A stretch of 60,768 nucleotides of DNA, the filler included, from Bipalium vagum (taxonomy: Eukaryota), in assembly GCA_037834085.1 (NCBI GenBank). It is 3 parts of 3 records of this genome, joined end to end, with 100 filler letters (N's around TTAATTAATTAA, not from the genome) between each part and the next. Parts side by side here need not be neighbours in the genome. Positions count along the whole stretch, not along the records: positions 41,209 to 60,768 come from JBBMKC010000118.1; 2 more parts are not named here. One strand, 5' to 3'. Below, in pieces: positions 51,780-60,768 of the stretch. The translations under genes were made by a program, and so were the position numbers. Position 1 is the first letter of the stretch, and each line of letters starts with the position of its first letter. The notes beneath the pieces are model-generated. The model was not told where the DNA came from. It did no database searches and saw nothing but the letters and a program-made list of their open reading frames with translations.

Positions 51780-53220
51780 TTACGATTTTTAGACATACAG
51801 TGAGTACCGATGGAGTCAAAACTAACAAGAAGGTTGAACAAATTGTGAAAGCAAAACCACCTTGTTGCGTGTCTCAGTTGAGTTCATTTTTGGCTTGACA
51901 AACTATTACCGGCGCTTTATTGCCCATTATGCTTCATTGGACGGAACAATACCACAAGAGTTTTCAAGTACTGAAGAATAAACTATGCCAAGCACCAATT
52001 CTGGATTTTCCAAGCAGAGATCGTTTTTTTATTTTGGTTACAGATGCAAGCCTTGGAGCGATTGAATCTGTTTTGAGTCAGCTGAAGGAAGATGGAAATG
52101 AAACAGTGATTTCTTATGCCCCTAGACACTTATCAACTCGTGAATTCGGATATTGTTTCATCAGAAAAGATCTCTTATCAATCTACGAATTTGTTCTCCA
52201 TTTCAAGCAGTTTTTATATGGAAAACAGTTCATTGTGAGAACGGATCATAAAGCTTTGGTTTTTATGAACACCACGAAGCACCCAGTTAGTTCACAGCTT
52301 CAAACTTGGCTAGTTAATCTATCAGATTACAATTTTGAACTGAGATATAGAAAAGGCCAGGATCATAGTAATGCTGATGGCCTATCCAGAATTTCCCATG
52401 TGGTTTGCTCTCGATGCCAAACGAAGCATGAACAAACCAAGAATGAGAAGCCAAAAACAAAATACATCAGTGCCGTTCATAATATTACACCTCAATTGGA
52501 AAGAATAAGAAGCGAACAGAAGTCCGATAAACTGATATTTGGATTTATTCAATATCTTTCAGAAGGGAGGAGAGAATACCCTGAAAAGTTGAAGAATAAC
52601 AGTTTCTATCCTTTGAGAGATAGATTGGATGTTATCGATGACTTGTTGCTCTTATCAAGAAACGAACGAAATCTTATCACTATCCCAGAAAAATTTATTG
52701 ATGATTTTATGATGGGAACTCATACCGACTTGTATCATCTTGGTAGCAAGAAAATATTTAACTATCTGAAAGATCATTACTATTGGCCATTGATGTTGAA
52801 TTCAGTTAAACTATGTATTAAACCCTGCTATATTTATGCCAAGAGAAAAATTTATCAAACGCACACTAAAGAAATCCTTATACCGAGAAGAAACTCACAT
52901 TTCTTAGACCAGATCGTCGTAGATATAGCCTTTATGGAAAAAGCAGCGGCACACTAAAGATAAATAGTTATCATTATTGGCTGTTTTAGCAAACTAGTGA
53001 GTCTATGCGCGATGGGCAAACTTGATGATCAATCCATTTTAAAGGCAATAATGAACAATTGGATTTATAAATTTGGCAAGCCGAAGAGTATTTAAAGAGA
53101 TCGAAGGAAGAACTTTTTGATTTCTTGGATTCAACAAAAATGAAAAGATCTCAATATCCAATGTGAATTCAGTTCACCTTACCAGCACCAGTCCATTGGT
53201 CTAGTCGAGCGAGCAATGAC
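51780..53220 (+). mobile_element. Gypsy LTR retrotransposon pol fragment (RT end, RNase H, integrase)
   Basis: LTNYYRRFI; FILVTDASLGAI..VRTDHKAL..YRKGQDHSNADGLSR; integrase H-H-C region (HTDLYHLG..YYWP..C); IVVDI; SSPYQHQSIGLVER. Confidence 0.92.
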
Positions 53221-53229
53221 TTTTTATCT

Positions 53230-53640
53230 CAAAGCAGTACTACAATATCATCCAGTACCCTAAGAAGAATCCTCAAAAAATATTTTATTCATGGTTACAG
53301 AAGCATAAGGAAACCTTTCCTATCAATAAGACAAAGACAAAAGATAATGTTACGAACCAACAAGCATAAGGACTGGTATTTTAATAAGTTCAAAAATGTC
53401 TTCAGTAACGAAAGCATTTTCCAGTATTATAGCCAGCATGTAAAATATGGCGTAAATTATGGACACCAAATGACAAAGGCAAACCAGGAAATATACACCA
53501 AACTATGAGTCACGGACCTAAAATACATGTATGAGGATGTTTTTCTTCGAATGGTGCGGGATTATTAAAGAAGGTTCCATGGATGCCAAATTATATTAGA
53601 GAAGAATAGTAAATAACATTGATGTCGTTGCTTAATCATG
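53230..53640 (+). mobile_element. Tc1 fragment
   Basis: VFSNESIFQL and HGPKIHV*GCFSSNGAG motifs. Confidence 0.7.
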
Positions 53641-54717
53641 AAAATATTATTTGTAAGATGTCAATATAATGAAAGGGTATGTGATATATTTTGTCAATAA
53701 TTTTGGACAGATTACGAACCAAAACCGAGTTCTAACGTCTTTCGATCAAACCATGAACGTTCAACACAACTGAGTAGTCAAATAATATTAACAGAATAAT
53801 ATAAAGTCCTGTTACAGAAGAACAGCTCAATATTACAAAATATTAACTAACTGATAATATAACAAAACGAATTAACATAACCCTTATAAACGAACAGAAA
53901 ATTAAACTTATATTTCAAATAAATAACAATCAAATCATAAACAATATTATAGATGACTATTTGCAGTTAATTATTTTAGTTCAAGTTTCCCTAACAATCT
54001 ATCTCATTAAAGATCAGTTACTCGTTAGACATTAAACGAGTTCGGCACCTGAGCAAAATCCTTAAGAGCCACAACATACAAAGTCTTAACAAATGATTAT
54101 ATGCAAAATCTTTTATAATAAATTAATTTTGATGAGATTCTCAAAAAACGTTTTATCAAGCAACGTTTAATATTTTATAATGTTTCAATAACTTTAATTA
54201 TTTGCAGAGTAGTTCGCTCCTTTCACCATAATATTGAATAATAAAGCGTTGTTAACAATTTGTTAACTGCAAAAAATGATGAAGTTCTCGAAAAATGACT
54301 TTTGTCAATTATTTATATACTATAATTTCTGATGAGCCGAACAATCCAGGGATTCGATAAAAAATGTTTAAAATAATCAGGTCTTATAAATTTTTCGCCA
54401 AATTATTAATCTTATTTATGAATCTTATGAATCATGCTATATTTTGTCATCATTGCAGTTATTAATTAACTTTTAAGATAATCTTTTCATTATAACTGAT
54501 TGTCAATAAATTGCTATGATTTATTTATTAATTAAGTAATATTATTATCAATATTATCACAGTATTTATTGTTCTATTATCATTTTTGATATTTTTAAAA
54601 TAAATACATAAAATAAATTTTTCTTTATTAAAATTATGAACATTAATACTTCGTTAATGAAACATAAATGATAAAGCCGGTTTTGTTTATTCATTGTATA
54701 TTTTCAAATCCTAAAAC

Positions 54718-57301
54718 ATGGATAATATTATAAATGGTTGGTATACAGAAATGTCTGATGATTGGGCTGGACAAGCAACAAGTTTAAAAGTTAAGGAGAT
54801 CTTAGAAAAAAAGAAAACTAAATTCCAGGATCTGTTAATATTTGAAAGGTATTTTGTTCGTAAATATTATTGCTTTTAAATTATTAAACTCTGAAGCACA
54901 AACCACGGTAAGGTGTTAGTGTTAGATGGAGTAATTCAACTGACAGAAAAGGACGAATTTCTCTATCAGGAGATGATGTCAATGTTACCATTAAATTGCC
55001 ACCCCAATCCTCAAAAGGTATTGATAATTGGTGGAGGCGATGGTGGTGTCATGAGAGATGTTGTGAAACATCACAAAGTTAAAGAAGTTATTCAATGTGA
55101 AATCGATGAAGTTGAATTGAATGTTATTAAAACATTTTAAATCTGAGAATAGGACGTTGTCAACCTAAGTAAAAAGCATTTGCAATTTATGGCCATCGGA
55201 TACGAAAGTGACAAGGCTCAAATAGTCATTGAAGACGGATTCGATTTCTTAAAGAATCATAAAAACGAGTTTGATGTAATAATAACGGATAGTACAGATC
55301 CCAGAGGTTTTAGTTTGTAAAATTAGGCTTTTATTATATATTTTTACAGGTCCGGCTGAAGTGCTCTTCCAGGAAAATTATTTTAGATTGATTTTTGAAT
55401 CTCTAAAAGAAGATGGTTTAATGTGTTCTCAAGGTACTTTTTCATTTAATTGTCTTTTAAATAAGACATATTTCATAAGAAATAAAAATAAAATTTTTTT
55501 AATTGATAATTGTAATTAAATTTTTGTTTATTTATCTTTAAAATTAATCAATCTACATCGATAACTGAAACACGATAATTTTGTAAATTTATTTCATTTA
55601 TTATGAAGGTCAAAATATTTGGTTGGAACTGCCCCTCATAAAACTGGTGCTCAGAATATGCAAATCAATTTTCCCGGTGGTGAAATATGCTTTTGGCTGC
55701 GTCCCTACGTACACAAATGGCCAAATCGGATACGTGCTGTGCAGTAAAAATCCGGTAATTCTGTTGAATATTTTTATGTTACAAATTTCGTATTGTCCTT
55801 TTTCTTCCGAAAAATTTCATTTTTTCCTGTTACGATAAATAGTGGTTTCAGTGAAAATTGATTTTTATTTTCTGTTTATCTGTGGCTTGATAATATAAAA
55901 ATATTGATTGTTAAAAATACTTTCTACCGTAAGGAGTCAATTTCAACAAGAAATCGATTTTATTTGATGCAAAAAGAAAATTTCTAAATTAAATGTAATA
56001 TTTAAATAAAAAATTTATTCTTTTGAAAAATTGAAAGCTATCAATAAAGTAGCTGGGTAGAAAAATAGCGTGAAAACATAAGGTCGAATTTTCAAATTAA
56101 AAAAATTGTCATTGGTATCTGTTTGGTTTTCGTCTGGTTTCGTAGTCGATGACATCCGTCCAATCGATAAAAATTTGTGTCATGGGAGAAATGTTGAAGT
56201 TGCTTGTTTTAGAATAATATACTCACCTTCCGATCAATAGACAATAATCGATAATCACACAACGATTCGAGAAATGATGATTTTATAGTTTTAACATTAG
56301 TGATTTCTAAAAAATTGGCTAATTTGGTAATCAAATAAACTTAATCTGGACTAAATTTCATGGCTACAGACGGTGTAGATTAGCCAGACTTTACTAAATT
56401 ATTATTTTTCACTTATTATTACTGATTAATAGTATAATGATTTCTAAGATATGTTTATCAGTTCCTAGGTAGTAGGTAGTAAATCACGCTACAAATTAAG
56501 TCATGGTTTTTACTTCACTTACTTTTGTGACGTAACATTCTGCCTAATATCAATCTAAAAAAATTAACTAATAATTGGGATTTAGAATATTTTCATTTTC
56601 AGTATTAATTTGAATTTTTGATCAATTATCTGGAAATGTGTCTTTGAATAATTTGATCTATATTAAAATCATTGCAAGTCTTGTAATTACTTTTAAATAT
56701 TGACGAAGTATTAATGAGAATCATTAAATATATTTGTTTTTTAAAAAAATATTTATTTCCACAAGGTTTCCTTTTTTAGCACTTCTATTCTTCCGATTTT
56801 TGTAACTATTTTCTCCGTTATTTTTTATTAACCAAATCTGGGACACAAGTTCGATTGTTTTATCAAGTTCAATCTGTCTTCATGTTATTAAGAATGTTCT
56901 ACTCGGTCTGTCTTAAGTAATATATTTATAATAATAACAATTATAATGTGAATGACAATAATAGTAATATTCAAGTTTATAAAGCTTAAAATTCCCTTCT
57001 TGGAACTATTTAGTCATACTTTGCCAAACTTCTCAGCTTTGCGTTAAATTTAAAATGGTCTTTCATTTTTATTTTATTTTATCCAATTATTAATTGCTGA
57101 ATCGAAATAGAAAACGAATTTCAAAGAACCACTTGAAGAAAATTTACCGTTCCAAAAGGAGCTGAGACATTATTCACCTGATGTTCACCGGGCCTCATTT
57201 GCGTTGCCCTATTCCATCCAAAAGGTTCAATTTTAAATTATAATTAATACAATAATTGTTTCCGACAATTGTTTCAGGAGATCGATGAAATAATCTATTA
57301 A
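54718..57301 (+). CDS. SRM: Spermidine synthase (aminopropyltransferase), 7 exons
   Basis: Exons 54718-54848, 54897-55110, 55153-55306, 55350-55433, 55609-55754, 57111-57224, 57278-57301 join in frame. Motifs: [84 protein letters not shown]. Confidence 0.95.
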
Positions 57302-57984
57302 TTTCGTTTTTGAAAAGGTTAACATGTTTTCTTTTTTGTATTTTTTGTTTTAAATAATCAATAGTTGATTGATATTTTTTATTATCGATCGTTTTTTCAA
57401 AAAACCAACGGTCAATGTTCAGGGTGAGTAAGCTTGAGATAGGTTCCCGACTTGGAAATTCATTGAGTTAAAGATTTTTGCGTTGCGGAGAGTTTACTTT
57501 AATGTCGGACATGAGCATATTTTTCTGTGTCCTGCTCACAGTTTCTATTGATCTTAGGTATCTGTAAGTATGAGTAAAATTAGAAACAATGTTGTGGAAT
57601 TTTTTATCGAAGTAAAATTTTGATTTTTCCAACCATTCAAGCTTAGTTTGTTCGCTGATCTCATCTTAGGTCTTTTTTTTTGAAAAGAAGTATTACTTTA
57701 TCCTGTATTAGATCTTGAATAAAACCTTGTTTAATTAATGTATATATGTTAGTTAATAATGTGCAAAAAGTAAGATTTCCATTATGTTGCAGAAATAAGG
57801 AAATCTTATTTGACCAAATTTGATATGAAAATAACAATGAATTAATTACTATAAAAAACTTCTATAAATGCAACGAAAAATATTAAAATTTACAACAATT
57901 AAATATAAATAATCTCTAGCATGAAAACTATTAACTTTTAAATTAAATATTCCTGAAATACATTACAGATTTATGTATTAAAAG

Positions 57985-58734
57985 ATGGAAGTTTCTCTGC
58001 AAAAAATATCAAATCTTTTATCTCAAAAATTTTCAACATCATTTATTGTAGAAAGTAAAGATTTAGATATAACATTTAAGTTAGTTACCCCACTAAATCT
58101 TGATCCAAATTTTAACTATGAATTAGCTCTAATTTATTTCTTAACTTATAATTATATTTTTAATTTTACTGAAAAAAACAATGTAATATATGTAACTGTT
58201 ACAGAATCAAAAGGAAAAAAAGAATCTCTAAAGATAACTCCCGGAGCATATGAAATTTCTTATATATCTGCATATATTGAGAATGGACTTAAAAGTATAA
58301 AAGAATTAGAACCCCTTAAAAAGAAGAGTCTTATCTAATATTTAATGGTAATCCAATTTCTTCAAACTGTGTAATGAAAATTTTCCTAAGGAAAATTCAA
58401 TTGCTGAATTGTTAGGATTTGAAAATAAATCTTATAAAGAAGGTTGTTATGAATCAAAACCAGTTAAAATTTCAAAGACAAAATTATGTTTGATTGTAAT
58501 ATTGTAGAAGGGGGATTTTATAATGGTAGAAGAACAAATATTATTTTTGATTTTCCTTCAAATACTGTTCCAAAATGATATAGAATCATTGAAAGATCAA
58601 AATTCCTAATCTATCGTCCTTTACTTACAAGAAATATTTCTGAAATAAAATTTAAGATATTTGATAATAACAAAGAATTAGTAAATTTTAATGGAGAAGA
58701 AATTAGTTTTACTATTCATTTAAAACAAGTTTGA
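57985..58734 (+). pseudogene. Polinton/Maverick-type minor capsid protein (penton), frameshifted
   Basis: Reconstructed PLNLDPNFNYELALIYFLTYNYIFNFTEKNN..LKITPGAYEISYI..NSIAELLGF..DCNIVEGGFYNGRRTNIIFDFP..VPK*YRIIE..LIYRPL..ISEIKFKIFDNNKELVNFNGEEISFTIHLKQV follows the characteristic Polinton mCP pattern. Several frameshifts in 58320-58490 and a TGA at 58576. Confidence 0.8.
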
Positions 58735-58783
58735 TATAAGACAAAATCGTATTTAAAACAAGTTTAAAATTTAATTTAAAAAA

Positions 58784-58975
58784 ATGAATGGTTGTAACTT
58801 TTGTTCTGATTTCTTAAATCATAATTCTATAAAAATTAATAATCATAAAAATTTACTTTTTATATGTGGTAGATTTGGACATTTACAAAGAAGTTGCCCA
58901 ATGGCACAAAGAAACGTCAATATAGTTAGTGAAACTCAAAGTGATAATGAAGAAACTTTGGAAATACATGTCTAG
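58784..58975 (+). CDS. Small ORF with degenerate CCHC zinc knuckle (element-borne)
   Basis: LFICGRFGHLQRSCP fits CX2CX4HX4C except for the first Cys; N-terminal CxxC. Starts about 50 nt after the penton stop. Confidence 0.45.
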   Translation: MNGCNFCSDFLNHNSIKINNHKNLLFICGRFGHLQRSCPMAQRNVNIVSETQSDNEETLEIHV

Positions 58976-60007
58976 AATTGAAAAATTAGAATTAATGTTA
59001 AGAGAAGAATGTCTAAAAATTGATAGATTAAAGGAACAAGAAAAAGAGACCCACACACCAATAACAACAATTAGAGAAGAAAATAGATTACAAAGAAATA
59101 TAAACATAGCTTCAAAATGGATAAAGGGTGAAATAGCTATCGATAATGTCGAAGAAGTAAAACACTTTTTAAGATGGAATACCGTTCCTAAAACCTGGAA
59201 TTAGAATTGCTACAAAAAATAGGAAGAGAATGATCAACAGACGAGAAAACGTTTTATATTCATTATAAGTATCCAAATTATTTAGTAATAAAAAATGTGG
59301 TAGCACTCAATACATCTGTAGAAGAAATATTAGTATTGTTACACGAACAATTGGACAGAAAAGTTAGACTCACATATTACGATTACCACTCAATAACGAT
59401 AAAAGTTTATTGGAAAGTAGAGTGATTCCTGGTTGGTATAATTTGATAAATTATGAACCAGAAGAAGTAATTACAGGAGAAATGATTTGCACTTTTAAAG
59501 AATTAAGTGACGAGGAAAAGAAGTACATGAATAATATACCAGTAAAGTTAAATCAAGAATTAACAAAAAATAATGTAGATCATGTAAAAATTAAACTCAT
59601 ATTAGACGAAATAGCACAATTACCAATACCTATCAAAATTTTAGAGAAAATAGTAAATAAATTGAGGAATTGGATAACCTTTTCAGATTTACACCGAAAA
59701 GAGTTAACCTTAATATTAGCTAAATAAGGCCAAAGTCTCAGACAGTCTAAGCGAACTTATACACTTATTAAACTTGATGTAGTGATGCCAGATAATACAG
59801 TAAATCATTACGAAATTCCTTTCTTAAGTAAAGCTAAAAAATTGAGAAATATTGTAATGAAACAATTAACATTACCTATTATTCCATTAATTTAGTTTTG
59901 GTAAGTTTATCGATGATGATGAGTATTTTATTGATAATGGCTGTAATCCTAATAAAAGTAATATTGTTAAAATTTCATATTCAAGTTCCATTATGATATT
60001 ATTTTGA
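58968..60007 (+). pseudogene. Disrupted ORF with two predicted ubiquitin-like (beta-grasp) domains
   Basis: The ATG overlaps the previous stop (ATGTCTAG). Repaired translation gives FYIHYKYPNYLVIKNVVALNTSVEEILVLLHEQLDRKVRLTYY[G]LPLNNDKSLLESRV and IKLDVVMPDNTVNHYEIPFLSKAKKLRNIVMKQLTLPIIPL/FSFGKFIDDDEYFIDNGC, both matching ubiquitin hydrophobic spacing. Confidence 0.5.
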
Positions 60008-60038
60008 TGATATTATTGATTTAACTTCTAAATTTCAG

Positions 60039-60659
60039 GAAACAGATATACAATCAACGATAAAACCATTGGATGATTTTCGATCGGATGGTGAGGCTCA
60101 TAGCTCGAAATCCTTCGATAAATTGATAAATGAGTTGGCACAAGATTTTGCTAGTCCCGATAATGTGGAAGAAGCATGGGATAACACTGAAAACAAAGAT
60201 GTAGAGATTGTTGAAATTGATAAACCCGCAATATTTAAACGTTATTGGCTAACAGATATAGACGAAGGAGTAATACCAGAGTCAAAACTGGATAATAAAC
60301 ATCACGAAGTCATTCCCAATGCGAAACCATCAACCATTTATTTGGAAGAAAATGATTATGGCGATTTTATACAAACAGAAAAAGTGTCTGATGCCGATAC
60401 AAGCAATCGACAACAATCGAACGTCATATTTAAAGATAAAGCAATAACTGAGAAACCAGTTCAATACAAAGAAGAAAACGATTTGACTTCAGTAATACCC
60501 ACAATAAACGAGACAAATGCTGAACATAAATCGAAAAAGCAAAACCAATCGCCGAGTACGTACCGCGAAAGAAAAATGTCAAAAAAAGGATGCGTTAAAT
60601 CTCGCTCAGCAACGAATCCAATTTCGAATGGCTCAACAGTTATCAGAAGATGTAAATAA
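60039..60659 (+). CDS. Acidic, low-complexity ~200-aa ORF of unknown function
   Basis: Open from 59997 to 60659 with no in-frame ATG near its start (track start is TTG). Preceded by TTTCAG at 60033-60038, a possible acceptor. Confidence 0.45.
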   Translation, partial: ETDIQSTIKPLDDFRSDGEAHSSKSFDKLINELAQDFASPDNVEEAWDNTENKDVEIVEIDKPAIFKRYWLTDIDEGVIPESKLDNKHHEVIPNAKPSTIYLEENDYGDFIQTEKVSDADTSNRQQSNVIFKDKAITEKPVQYKEENDLTSVIPTINETNAEHKSKKQNQSPSTYRERKMSKKGCVKSRSATNPISNGSTVIRRCK

Positions 60660-60689
60660 TAAATTAGATGTAGAGAAGGAACCGTAACA

Positions 60690-60698
60690 ATATTATTA

Positions 60699-60768
<70 letters not shown>
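60690..60768. repeat. (ATT)n microsatellite at window end
   Basis: Run of ATT units to the end of the window. Confidence 0.95.

Noticed and set aside
54329-54360. CTGATGAG followed by a hairpin (hammerhead-like)
   Set aside because: The GAAA core is absent (GATA) and there are no convincing stems I/III.
58576-58578. In-frame TGA in the penton as recoding or an alternative genetic code
   Set aside because: The position aligns with a usually conserved Gly (GGA to TGA) and the gene also has frameshifts, so this is ordinary decay.

Overview
This is very AT-rich eukaryotic (animal) genomic DNA, not prokaryotic. It has short GT-AG introns, (ATT)n microsatellites and dense decayed Tc1/mariner, pogo/Tigger and Gypsy remnants. 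Two 100-bp N-linkers containing TTAATTAATTAA split the window into three segments whose true adjacency is unproven. A LINPRL-amide neuropeptide prohormone suggests a planarian (triclad flatworm); this is an inference. Host genes: an intronless C6orf136/DUF2358-like gene (27917-28756, -), the prohormone (34799-35014, +), a 7-exon spermidine synthase (54718-57301, +), and the last 8 exons of a very divergent Na+/K+-ATPase alpha-like gene (43675-49067, +). The two most notable observations are (1) that ATPase-like gene, whose reading frame and splice sites are intact but whose visible nucleotide-, Mg- and ion-binding motifs are replaced while the beta-subunit-binding SYGQ motif is kept, and (2) a decayed Polinton/Maverick-like cassette at 57985-60659, in which a minor capsid (penton) gene is followed by a zinc-knuckle micro-ORF and an ORF with two ubiquitin-like domains that appear only after frameshift repair. 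All homology calls are manual motif comparisons; no database searches were run.
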